A stretch of 64,000 nt of DNA from an uncultured Methanosarcinales archaeon. GTDB lineage: Archaea; Nanobdellota; Nanobdellia; Woesearchaeales; DATGWN01. Made by a program: the position numbers and the translations under genes. Location: contig CAZUXP010000001.1 in the NCBI GenBank assembly GCA_964624275.1, positions 1,799 to 65,798 of the forward strand, written 5' to 3'. Positions within the stretch are counted from its first letter, which is position 1. Each line of letters starts with the position of its first letter. Shown piece after piece: positions 17,925 through 26,948 of this stretch. The notes under the pieces were generated by a model that made no database searches, was not told the DNA's origin, and saw nothing but the letters and a program-made list of their open reading frames with translations.

Positions 17925-18749
17925 ATGATTAAAGATTATATGTCTGATAAAATAAAAAAAGAGGTTTCACAGCAGTTAGATCCGTTTCAAATAAGCTTTG
18001 ATAATGTCGCACATGATGTCTTAAAATTAGATGCATTAGCTCGAGAAAATCGTTCTTTGATGGAACAATGGAATAATTATTTTATGCAATCTATTAAAAA
18101 ACTTCAAAGTGATGTTGAAAAAATAAAAAAACCACAAGGAAATTTAGAAATACTTGATACGTTTGAAGAAAAAATAACTGAGATAACGGAAGCTCAAACT
18201 CGTTTATCATCTGTTTTACAAAATCAACAAAAATCAATGGATGGATTAAAAGATGATGTTACTCAATTACAAAAGAATCTTGGGTCTTATCAATCAATGC
18301 AAAATAAATATACGCATTCAGTTCTTGATGAAGTCAAAACACTAAAATCTCAAATAACAATTATTCAACAAAAAACGCTTTCTCAAACAACAATATCCCA
18401 TCAACATCATCAACAACCACGTCATGTTGTCGTACAAAAAACTACTTCAAAAAAAATACCGCGTAAAATTACACCTCAAAATATTATTCATGAATTATCC
18501 GCTGCAGAGCAAGCAGTACTTTATATTTTCGTTTCAAAAAATAGACCATTAAGTGTCAAGGAAGTTTCAGCGCATTATGGTCGTACAGAATCAACCGTTC
18601 GAAATATCATTAATCGACTCAAAAAACGCCAAATTCCACTTCTTGTTACAAAAGGTGCAAAAGGAATTATTTTGCATGATTTACAAAAAACATTTCGGAA
18701 AAATTTACTTGCAAAATCCGATGTTATCAAAAAACTTGAACGTATATAA
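17925..18749 (+). CDS. coiled-coil protein with C-terminal winged-helix DNA-binding domain, hypothetical regulator
   Basis: Long coiled-coil, Q/H-rich linker, C-terminal LSVKEVSAHYGRTESTVRNIINRLKKRQIPLLVTKGAKGIILH resembles a wHTH. Confidence 0.4.
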   Translation: MIKDYMSDKIKKEVSQQLDPFQISFDNVAHDVLKLDALARENRSLMEQWNNYFMQSIKKLQSDVEKIKKPQGNLEILDTFEEKITEITEAQTRLSSVLQNQQKSMDGLKDDVTQLQKNLGSYQSMQNKYTHSVLDEVKTLKSQITIIQQKTLSQTTISHQHHQQPRHVVVQKTTSKKIPRKITPQNIIHELSAAEQAVLYIFVSKNRPLSVKEVSAHYGRTESTVRNIINRLKKRQIPLLVTKGAKGIILHDLQKTFRKNLLAKSDVIKKLERI

Positions 18750-18751
18750 TA

Positions 18752-19231
18752 TTATAATTCAATTTTTGCAAGTTGACTGTAAAGCTCAATAAATCCATTT
18801 TTGTCAAGATTAATTCCCGCATCAACAATAGTTTTTGCTAACAAGGCGATGTCTTCTTTTTGTGTTTTAATACTATATGGTTTTTCTAACACAGTTTGAA
18901 GATTTTTGAGTGTATATTGACAAACAAATCCGTCATTTACTCTAAATACAACTGGTTTTTTAGTTTTGCTATTAATGATTTTCTGTGTTTTTGTACTATA
19001 CATATAATCAGAGTTGTAGAAATAAAATCCTTTTTGAGTGAATCCGAGTTGTGTAAAAAAGTCTTGAATTATTGTTTGTGGTTGTGTGTGTTGAATTGAT
19101 ACTTGTTGTGTATGCTCAATAATTTTTCCTAAATATTTTACGACTTTTTGAGTCGTTTTTTGTTTTTTCCAAACACTTTTAACTAAATATGCATAAGAGT
19201 TCGTTGAAATCTTTTTAATTCGAATAAACAT
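18752..19231 (-). CDS. hypothetical protein
   Basis: 159 aa ORF, no recognised motif. Confidence 0.35.
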   Translation of the reverse strand: MFIRIKKISTNSYAYLVKSVWKKQKTTQKVVKYLGKIIEHTQQVSIQHTQPQTIIQDFFTQLGFTQKGFYFYNSDYMYSTKTQKIINSKTKKPVVFRVNDGFVCQYTLKNLQTVLEKPYSIKTQKEDIALLAKTIVDAGINLDKNGFIELYSQLAKIEL

Positions 19232-19293
19232 GTTTATGTAAAGATAAATGCATACTTAAATGTTGTGATTCATATTATACTACTGCAAAAAAA

Positions 19294-19956
19294 TTATAGA
19301 AAGTCTAATTGACTTTCTTCTGCAAATGGATTTTCGATTTTTTGTGAACCAAATCGTGTGAAATAATAACATCGTATATTAATAACATCTTCCATTCCAT
19401 CAAATCCAAGCATTGAAATCAATTCTTTTATAATTGTTTTTTCTTGAGTTTTATAACTGTCGTGTATAATAAAGTCAATATCTACTTCGTCATATGTTCG
19501 AACAAGAGCAAAATTAATAAGTGAATCTTTATTCACACCAAATTTCCATTTTTCAACATTGTACTCTTTAAAGTCTCGTTCGATTCGAACAGATATTTTT
19601 CGACTTTTCTCAATCATTAATTTTCGAATATCACTCTGTGTCGGCTGACGTTCTTTTTGCAATGTTTGAATGATTTGTTTCATCTTATCGTATGTTGATG
19701 CTTCAAATTCTTCCGTATGGTTGATACCATTCGGACTATAATACGATCTATATATAATCCAACCGTCTTCAGTCTTTCGTGATTCTATTCTGACATTCAA
19801 ACTACTTTTGTTGTTCTCAAAGCATACGAAGTCTTTTTCAGAAACTGTTTGTACCCATCCCATAATAGAAGGGTAGTTTTGTTTTCTTTTAAAGTTTTTG
19901 GATTTTAGACGTTTCTGTTCAATTATCTCAAATATCCAATAGTTCATTAAAAACAA
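19294..19956 (-). CDS. hypothetical protein
   Basis: 220 aa ORF, no recognised motif. Confidence 0.35.
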   Translation of the reverse strand: MFLMNYWIFEIIEQKRLKSKNFKRKQNYPSIMGWVQTVSEKDFVCFENNKSSLNVRIESRKTEDGWIIYRSYYSPNGINHTEEFEASTYDKMKQIIQTLQKERQPTQSDIRKLMIEKSRKISVRIERDFKEYNVEKWKFGVNKDSLINFALVRTYDEVDIDFIIHDSYKTQEKTIIKELISMLGFDGMEDVINIRCYYFTRFGSQKIENPFAEESQLDFL

Positions 19957-19992
19957 AATTATTTATAAAGAATATATTCTTTTACTTTTCTT

Positions 19993-21684
19993 ATGGGGAG
20001 TAATTACAAAGAATTAGACTCGCAAATGGTTCAAGCGTATTATAATCGTCCCGAAATTATTAAGCAAATTGTAATTCTTTCGCAGAATAAAGAAGTTGTT
20101 GCTTCATTTGATGGTACGAGTTATGCAAAAAGACCTGATATTATTCAGTATGAATCGGATGTGAAAGAACTTATAAAACGTGGAGCGACGTCATTTCATG
20201 CGTCTGAGGAACTCTGGGATGATCCACTTTCTATTCAAACAGGGATGTCACAAAAAGAACTTAGCTCACTTCGAAAAGGTTGGGATTTATTACTTGATAT
20301 TGATTGCCCTTATTTACCTTATTCGCAAATCGCGGCCGATATGGTTATCCAAGCACTTTACGCAAATGGTTTAAAAGATGTAACATGTAAGTTTTCGGGT
20401 AATCACGGTTTTCATATCGGAGTGGTATTTGAAGCATTTCCAAAAGAATTTAATAGTGAATTAACAAAGAACCAATTTCCACTTTTACCGAAAATAATTG
20501 CAGAATATATCATGTATCTTATTGAAAAGCCGTTGCGTGAAAAATTATTGGAGTCTGAATCATCTCATGTTGATTCAATAAAAGTAATTGCACAAAAATG
20601 CGGGTTACAAAAAAATGATATCGTACAAAATGATCAATTAAATGTTTATTCAATCGTTGAGATAGATACGATTTTGTTAACGTCACGTCACTTATATCGA
20701 CAAGCATACTCATTAAATGAAAAAAGTGGTCTTGTATCACTTCCTATAAATCCTAAAAAAGTTCTTTCATTTAAACCAGAAATCGCAAAACCACAAAGTT
20801 GTCCGATATCTCGCTATGGATTTTTACAACGAACAAACATTGATTCATCCCAAAGTATTGTGCTTTTAACAAATGCGTATGACTTTTATTCAAAAAAAGA
20901 ATCCGAAAAAGAAAAACGTAATTTTGCAAAATCACGTTCTAAACAAGCATATGAAGAATTTTTAGAAAAAATACCCGAACATTGTTTTCCTCCCGAAATA
21001 CGTCAATTACTCGGACCATTACCGGATGGGAAAAAAAGAGCGTTATTTATCTTGGTTTATTTTCTTCGTTCATGTCGATATTCAAACGATGAAATAATTC
21101 AAATGATGTATGACTGGAATAAGAAACATCCAGAACCACTTCGAGATGCGTATATGCAAGGTCAGATGAGTCATTTTTTACGCGAAAAACGCAAATTATT
21201 ACCACCTAATTTTGAGACTGGAATATATTCTGATATTTTACGAAAACCAGTACAAAAAGAAAGTCTTCGTTATAAAAATCCAGTAATGTATGCTGAAGTG
21301 ATGTATAAAAATCAATCTCCTAAAAAGACTCGGATTAAAACATTTGTGAGTTGTGTGTTTGCAAAAGATGATTCAATACTTGTCACAAAAAATAAAGAGG
21401 GGTTATATACACTTATATCTCAACCATTGAAAAAAGACGATATTCCAAAAGAAGTGTTAGAAGTTTATTTGCAAAAGAAAAGTTTACTTTTTCGACCGAA
21501 ATTCCTTATAACATATCATTTTACGTATAATAATCATTCTTATAAAAATTTCATGTTTCAAGTTATAGTAAAAGAATTTATTGTGGTTGAAAACTCAGAA
21601 TGGGTTTTGAAAAAAGAAATTACAATGGAAAATTCCACACCTGATGTTTTGTTTTATGTGCAAGATTTTTACCAAATTTCATAA
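19993..21684 (+). CDS. priS: DNA primase small catalytic subunit PriS with C-terminal helical extension (PriS-PriL-CTD-like fusion as in Nanoarchaeota)
   Basis: Catalytic motifs WDLLLDIDCPY (DxD) and FSGNHGFHIGV (SGxRGxH). 563 aa versus about 350 for a stand-alone PriS; no separate priL in the window. Confidence 0.65.
   Translation: MGSNYKELDSQMVQAYYNRPEIIKQIVILSQNKEVVASFDGTSYAKRPDIIQYESDVKELIKRGATSFHASEELWDDPLSIQTGMSQKELSSLRKGWDLLLDIDCPYLPYSQIAADMVIQALYANGLKDVTCKFSGNHGFHIGVVFEAFPKEFNSELTKNQFPLLPKIIAEYIMYLIEKPLREKLLESESSHVDSIKVIAQKCGLQKNDIVQNDQLNVYSIVEIDTILLTSRHLYRQAYSLNEKSGLVSLPINPKKVLSFKPEIAKPQSCPISRYGFLQRTNIDSSQSIVLLTNAYDFYSKKESEKEKRNFAKSRSKQAYEEFLEKIPEHCFPPEIRQLLGPLPDGKKRALFILVYFLRSCRYSNDEIIQMMYDWNKKHPEPLRDAYMQGQMSHFLREKRKLLPPNFETGIYSDILRKPVQKESLRYKNPVMYAEVMYKNQSPKKTRIKTFVSCVFAKDDSILVTKNKEGLYTLISQPLKKDDIPKEVLEVYLQKKSLLFRPKFLITYHFTYNNHSYKNFMFQVIVKEFIVVENSEWVLKKEITMENSTPDVLFYVQDFYQIS
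21643..21671 (+). repeat. left direct repeat (att-like), within priS 3' end
   Basis: Exact 29-bp match to 26220-26248. Confidence 0.7.
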
Positions 21685-21718
21685 GTTTTATAAATCGACG
21701 TCACAGACATCTTTTTGT

Positions 21719-23257
21719 ATGAATTTTAGATCACAAACGTCAACTGAATATTTAATTATCACTGCAGTTGTAATTGTTATTGCATTACTCGTTGTTTCAT
21801 TACTCAGCGATATTCCAAATATAGCGGGTGATATAAAAGCTGATGACGTTGTTTTAGCTACTCAAGTAATTGGAATATCTGAATATGTCATTACTGATGG
21901 TGGTATGCAATTAACGATCCGAAATAATGATGTATCATCAAAAACCATAGTTCAATTAAGCGTTGGAGATATAATTTGTAGTTCATCTGATATACCTATA
22001 ACATTACAGGTAGGGGTAAAAAAAACAATTACTTGTTCAAATATTCGCGATTCCGTTGTCAGTTCAAGTTTTACTGAACCAGTTGTTGCGGTTTATAAAG
22101 ATTTACAGACTGATTCAATCTTTATTCAAAAAGGAAATAATGTTGCGGTGAGTGGTCGCACTGCAAAATTTTCAGTTGAAAATTATATTCCAAGTATAGA
22201 TAAAAGTCAATCGACACTGTATCAAACAGGAAGTTGGACAAATATTAGCGATGAACCACGAAAATTTGTGTTTGAATCATATGATGATGCGATTTTTTTA
22301 TGTAAATATGGACATAAATCAAATATTAACTCTAAAACATTTTCTGAGTGTGATGGTGGAGATGGAAGTCAACCATTTGTTCATATTAAAATGGATAACG
22401 ATACAACCCATAGACCTGAAATAACTGCTCATGCAAAAGGAACGTATGTCTTAGAAGTCAAAGTGCAAAAAAGTGGTGTTGAATCAAAAATATTACGGCA
22501 TGAATTTTATATGTTTCCAATTAGAATGGAAGCATTATGCGTAAATCAGTTTGATAAAACAAATGCGGAATATTTTACTATTGCAAAACAATTTTTACGA
22601 CCAGAGGGTGTTTTTCCTGCAACAACTCAATTAGAAGCTCCATTTTTGAAAATCGATTTTTCAGATGGAACAATTGCTATTCCGATGACTTTTGGAAAAG
22701 AATTGAAATTTAATCCTGAGCGAAATTTAATTTTAATGAAACGAGTGTATGCAAAAGGTGGTGCTAGTATTGCAAGCGATGAAAACTGTCGATTATATGT
22801 TCCTTCAGCGGTTTGCAGAGACTTGTTTGAATACGGAGATGAATTATGTAAAGCTGATGGAGAAGATGAGTTTAATGGAGATTTTAGGTGTGCTGGATCT
22901 TGTCCAAGAGATGAAAGCGGGAGTTTCTATTATTATTTGCATTCTCCGACATACTGGAAACAGGATAGTAACTCATGTGATGCACTTGTATTTAATCGAG
23001 ACGGAAAAGGTGTTTGTATTCAAGGCGAAGAAGTTTTACGAGAAGTGTACAATGTAAAAGATATTTTTTATAAAAATTATATTTTCACAGACAAAATAAA
23101 AGAGTCCTTTATTGATATAAATACTGATTGTTCCGGCGAAATATTTGTTGACAATTGGGGTTATGAATATTGTCAAGCAATTGGAAATACTGTCGCAAAT
23201 TCAATTGAAGAAACATATGGGCTTAATATAATGAACCCTTTACAACTTCCTGAATGA
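21719..23257 (+). CDS. type IV pilin-like (class III signal peptide) Cys-rich secreted protein
   Basis: Probable start ATG 21719 (MNFRS|QTSTEYLIITAVVIVIALLVVSLL, prepilin-type signal). About 20 Cys in the mature region. The ORF track's 21644 start overlaps priS and is unlikely. Confidence 0.55.
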   Translation: MNFRSQTSTEYLIITAVVIVIALLVVSLLSDIPNIAGDIKADDVVLATQVIGISEYVITDGGMQLTIRNNDVSSKTIVQLSVGDIICSSSDIPITLQVGVKKTITCSNIRDSVVSSSFTEPVVAVYKDLQTDSIFIQKGNNVAVSGRTAKFSVENYIPSIDKSQSTLYQTGSWTNISDEPRKFVFESYDDAIFLCKYGHKSNINSKTFSECDGGDGSQPFVHIKMDNDTTHRPEITAHAKGTYVLEVKVQKSGVESKILRHEFYMFPIRMEALCVNQFDKTNAEYFTIAKQFLRPEGVFPATTQLEAPFLKIDFSDGTIAIPMTFGKELKFNPERNLILMKRVYAKGGASIASDENCRLYVPSAVCRDLFEYGDELCKADGEDEFNGDFRCAGSCPRDESGSFYYYLHSPTYWKQDSNSCDALVFNRDGKGVCIQGEEVLREVYNVKDIFYKNYIFTDKIKESFIDINTDCSGEIFVDNWGYEYCQAIGNTVANSIEETYGLNIMNPLQLPE

Positions 23258-23341
23258 ATAGAATAATTGTCGATTTGTTTTATATCTCGGTATAAAACAA
23301 TAATATGGTAGAGTCAATTACTCCAAATACCTATTCATTCA
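23251..23341 (+). ncRNA. nested inverted-repeat element immediately upstream of the RT gene (candidate RT-associated ncRNA or terminator)
   Basis: Outer 11-bp inverted repeat tgaatgaatag (23251-23261) / ctattcattca (23331-23341). Inner perfect 10-bp hairpin ttgttttata-tctcgg-tataaaacaa. Ends 6 nt before the RT start codon. Confidence 0.3.
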
Positions 23342-23347
23342 TTTTTT

Positions 23348-24511
23348 ATGGATATAAAAAAAAAACTAACAAAAATTGCAAAAAAAAAACGACGAAATAC
23401 TGAGAAGTCTCTTGTTTTGAAAATGAGGGAGAGTAACACATTTCAAAAAATATTTCACACAGAAATAAATACTGATTTTATTCTATCTCCAGTTATTTTA
23501 AAAGAAGCAATTATAGAAAGAAAAAAACGGATCATCGTACATTTACAGCCACAAGATCAACTCTATCATGCATATTTAGCAAAACTACTTATCAACTCAT
23601 ATTCTCATAAAAATCTCTATTCCTATACACCAAAAAAATCGTCATATGTTGCAGTTCAAAATTTTGCTAAATTCATTAGAAAGAATACGACAAAAAAAGG
23701 ATTGTATCTTTATTCATTTGATATAAAAAAATATACTGAGAACATTCCACTTCACTCAAAAAGTAAATTGTGGGATTACATTGAAAAATTAGCTTCAAAA
23801 AAAACAATGCTTGCAGTACAAAAATGTTTACGAATAGAAAATACAAATGGTTTTTGCTACTTTAAGGGTATTTTGTTTGGTTCTCCATTAGCACCTCCTA
23901 TTTATAATCTCTATGCAAAAGAAATAGACAAACTTTGTGAAAAGGCAGAATTTGCAATTCGGTATTGTGATGATTTATTGATTGCAACAAAAAATGAAGC
24001 TACATTATTTGCTTTACAAAAAGAAATTCAACAAAAACTTCAAGAATTAGAACTTTCAATAAAAACTGAAAAGGAACAATATGTTCATTTAATAAAAAGT
24101 GGATTTTCTAATTCAAAATGTAGAGGGGCTGAATATATTGACCATTTAGGTTTTCGAATATTTGCAAATGGAACAATTGGACTTCCTCAAAAAAAATTAC
24201 GATCACTTTATTCAGAATTAAAGCAGATTTTGATTCAGTCTAGAAAATTACTGCAAAAAAAATCGTTTGAATATGAATTGCAATTTTATATCTCTTCAAT
24301 TAACTCGTTTTTAACAGATTCGCAATTTCAACAGACATATGTAAGAACGCTTTTAGCTCAAGTAACAAGTCGAAGGCAATTACGAGATATTGATAGAACA
24401 ATTGCATCGTATATCTCGAGGACTTTGACAAAAAGTGATCTTAAAATACCTGCAATTGTGTTATATCAAAAAGGTCTTTTATCCGTTGTAGCTTTGAGGA
24501 ACAATAAATGA
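23348..24511 (+). CDS. reverse transcriptase (prokaryotic retroelement-type; no maturase or endonuclease domain)
   Basis: RT motifs in order: motif 1 ERKKRIIVHL.P.D, motif 2 YLYSFDIKKYTENIP, motif 4 GILFGSPLAPPIYNLY, motif 5 IRYCDDLLIA (YxDD), motif 6/7 HLGFRIF; about 110 aa thumb-like C-terminus. Confidence 0.8.
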   Translation: MDIKKKLTKIAKKKRRNTEKSLVLKMRESNTFQKIFHTEINTDFILSPVILKEAIIERKKRIIVHLQPQDQLYHAYLAKLLINSYSHKNLYSYTPKKSSYVAVQNFAKFIRKNTTKKGLYLYSFDIKKYTENIPLHSKSKLWDYIEKLASKKTMLAVQKCLRIENTNGFCYFKGILFGSPLAPPIYNLYAKEIDKLCEKAEFAIRYCDDLLIATKNEATLFALQKEIQQKLQELELSIKTEKEQYVHLIKSGFSNSKCRGAEYIDHLGFRIFANGTIGLPQKKLRSLYSELKQILIQSRKLLQKKSFEYELQFYISSINSFLTDSQFQQTYVRTLLAQVTSRRQLRDIDRTIASYISRTLTKSDLKIPAIVLYQKGLLSVVALRNNK

Positions 24512-26148
24512 ATTCAAAAGAATGGGTTGAAACAGAAAAACAAAAAGCGCAATCGTTTAAAAGGCTTTATAATCATATTTTGGGAAATTTTTATCCCTAT
24601 TTTTTTTATCGAATACGCTATAGTTTGCTGAGGTTTTCAACATCATATGTATTATTTTTAATCGAATTTTTTATATTACTTCAAACAGTATATGCTTCTT
24701 TTGCTATACCTTTTCTATTTGCAAGAATTGCTATTTCTGGAATCATTACATTTACATGGGGCTCAATTGAAGGTTTACGAGAAAAGTTACGAAAGAAAAG
24801 TATTAGTCTTGCAAATAGTTACATACAAAGAGTTATTTTTTCATATCGACTTATTGCGATACCGTTGTTAATTATAGGATTTTTTCTGTTATATTATGAT
24901 GTGAAAAATGTTATTGGAGTTTTAGCATTTTATCATATATATATTTTATACTTTCTGTTACTAGTTTTTATTGAGTTAGATTATAGTATTCATCAAACAA
25001 GTATTTTTGTGCATAAAAGAGTACACAAAAAAGTATGGCCATATATTGTAATTGACATTTTTGGTACAATGAGTTTGTTTATTGGGTATACAATTGTTGG
25101 TCCTTATGCTTTACCAGTTTCTCTAATTATACATCTTCTTCTAAAGTATATAGTTCATATGTACTACATAAAAAAAAATATGAGTGAATTGTATGGCAAT
25201 ATAGCTTCAAAAAAAAACCTTATCATTTTTCCATTCTCATCGTTATCTGTTGGTTTACTTCACGTTTCAGTTTTTTCGTTACCTTTTATGTATTTGTTTT
25301 CTTCAGGTTTTGCGAATCTTTCAAATACGTATATTATCGTTTCGCTGATTGCAACACCTCTTTTGAGTTTTTCTTTTTTCTGGAGCAAATTATTTTATTT
25401 TGATATCAAAAAGATGCAAAAAGACTGGTTTTTGCTCGGAATCAAAGAACTCTATAAAAAACTATTAGTATATGCAATTTTTATTGGACTTATTCTTTTA
25501 GGAATTAACACCGTAATTCAGTTTTTATATTTTGGAAGAATTGTTCTGTTCTTAGAATTTTCATTTCTTTTTATTTGTTCTTCACTTTTAGGAGTGCTTA
25601 TATTACGCCTCACTACTACGCAGAATATTTTTCAGAGATATGGTCTGATTATTTTATCTATATTTTCAATTGTCTTTTTTGCAGAATGGATACCATATAT
25701 CTTATTTTTGTTTTTTATTTTATTTTTTTTACCAAAAAAAGAATACAAGTATTCTCAAGGTCTTGTTCCTTTGAGTTATTTTGCAAAAAAACCTTCGTTT
25801 GTTTATCAAACAAGTAATCCTACAAAAGTCAAAGAGTTGTTTGTAAAAGAATCAATACCTTTTGCAAAATTTGGAAAGAAAACATTTGTTTCAAGAGAAC
25901 TTCCTTTCTCTTTTTTTCGAGGTTATTTAAAGAACAGCAGAAGACTTTTATCAAAGGATTTTGTTCAAAAAGGATTATTTTTTCAAAAAATTTCAAAAAA
26001 ATATATACTTGTAAAATCATTCGAAAAAGATATATTATATCAAGTACTATTAAAATATAAAAGAAGTAATAATCTTACTATTCAAAAAAATCAATATTAT
26101 GTGAAATGTTCAAAAGGTTTTATAGAAAATATATATGTGAAAAAATAA
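24508..26148 (+). CDS. polytopic membrane protein (at least 10 TM helices) with basic C-terminal soluble tail; translationally coupled to RT (ATGA overlap)
   Basis: 546-aa ORF, unlikely by chance in 25% GC DNA. Multiple 20-25 residue hydrophobic segments; Lys-rich C-terminal 150 aa. Confidence 0.5.
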   Translation: MNSKEWVETEKQKAQSFKRLYNHILGNFYPYFFYRIRYSLLRFSTSYVLFLIEFFILLQTVYASFAIPFLFARIAISGIITFTWGSIEGLREKLRKKSISLANSYIQRVIFSYRLIAIPLLIIGFFLLYYDVKNVIGVLAFYHIYILYFLLLVFIELDYSIHQTSIFVHKRVHKKVWPYIVIDIFGTMSLFIGYTIVGPYALPVSLIIHLLLKYIVHMYYIKKNMSELYGNIASKKNLIIFPFSSLSVGLLHVSVFSLPFMYLFSSGFANLSNTYIIVSLIATPLLSFSFFWSKLFYFDIKKMQKDWFLLGIKELYKKLLVYAIFIGLILLGINTVIQFLYFGRIVLFLEFSFLFICSSLLGVLILRLTTTQNIFQRYGLIILSIFSIVFFAEWIPYILFLFFILFFLPKKEYKYSQGLVPLSYFAKKPSFVYQTSNPTKVKELFVKESIPFAKFGKKTFVSRELPFSFFRGYLKNSRRLLSKDFVQKGLFFQKISKKYILVKSFEKDILYQVLLKYKRSNNLTIQKNQYYVKCSKGFIENIYVKK

Positions 26149-26219
26149 GATTTTTAACTCAACTTTTCAATTATCATTTAAACATAACAGAAATTTTTAA
26201 GACGGAAAACTCCAAATAT

Positions 26220-26248
26220 GATGTTTTGTTTTATGTGCAAGATTTTTA
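26220..26248 (+). repeat. right direct repeat (att-like) with orphan priS 3'-end fragment
   Basis: Exact 29-bp match to 21643-21671; in-frame translation reproduces the priS C-terminal residues followed by TAA. Confidence 0.7.
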
Positions 26249-26291
26249 AAACAATCGGAACACATTTAAATATCTTCCTAACCTCATATAT

Positions 26292-26870
26292 ATGTCACAA
26301 TTACTTGAAAAACCAACAGTTCCTTATTTGGATTTTGACTCAGATAGTTCTTTTTTTCATCTTTATGTTGTAGGATACATGAATAAAACTCAGGGTTTTC
26401 AAATTATTGCGTGTGAAAATGAAAATTTTCATGGGAATAAAATCACAAGTCCTTGGTATTTTATCGTTTCTCAACCAGATTTTTTATTAGCAGCAGTTGA
26501 CACGACTGAATCAACAATACATTTTGCACGAAATGGACTTTATGAATATGCGTACAAAAGTGTTTCTGATTCTTACATGACTGATTTTCGTTCTTATCCG
26601 CGTTCATTAGATCCTTGCGTATATGCAAGTGTTGTAAGAAAAGGTTTTGCAAAAACTATTTTGTCAAAAAGTAATTTGAAAAGTATTGATAGAGTAATGA
26701 GAAGTTCCATTCAAAATAATTCTTCAACAGAAATAACGTTTGAAGTTCTAAAAATTCATAAGGCGCTCGTAGATTCATTTCCAAATGATGTACTATCTGG
26801 ATATTTTCCAAGTTCCCACTTTTTACTTAAAAACGAACATCGTGATTTTACTATTAATGATTTGATCTGA
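26292..26870 (+). CDS. hypothetical protein
   Basis: 192 aa ORF downstream of the insertion; no recognised motif. Confidence 0.35.
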   Translation: MSQLLEKPTVPYLDFDSDSSFFHLYVVGYMNKTQGFQIIACENENFHGNKITSPWYFIVSQPDFLLAAVDTTESTIHFARNGLYEYAYKSVSDSYMTDFRSYPRSLDPCVYASVVRKGFAKTILSKSNLKSIDRVMRSSIQNNSSTEITFEVLKIHKALVDSFPNDVLSGYFPSSHFLLKNEHRDFTINDLI

Positions 26871-26948
26871 TTATGATTTTTTAAAGTCATACCACTGGAC
26901 AACTGCAGAAACGACATTTATAAATAGAATAAAGTCTTATACTCACAC

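Larger units (their letters stand above)
21643..26248 (+). mobile_element. about 4.6 kb insertion in the 3' end of priS, bounded by 29-bp perfect direct repeats; carries a pilin-like protein, a reverse transcriptase and a membrane protein
   Basis: gatgttttgttttatgtgcaagattttta occurs at 21643-21671 and at 26220-26248. Flanks extend the imperfect similarity (ggaaaattccacacct vs ggaaaactccaaatat). The second copy encodes ...TENSKYDVLFYVQDF*, duplicating the priS C-terminus (...MENSTPDVLFYVQDFYQIS*). Confidence 0.55.

Noticed and set aside
23258-23347. Possible DGR template repeat between the pilin-like gene and the RT
   Set aside because: The intergenic region is only 90 bp. It shows no extended similarity to the 3' end of either the upstream gene (23100-23257) or the DUF1566 gene (8160-8405). 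The RT motif 4 has canonical SP rather than the DGR-typical SQ. A DGR therefore cannot be called from sequence alone.
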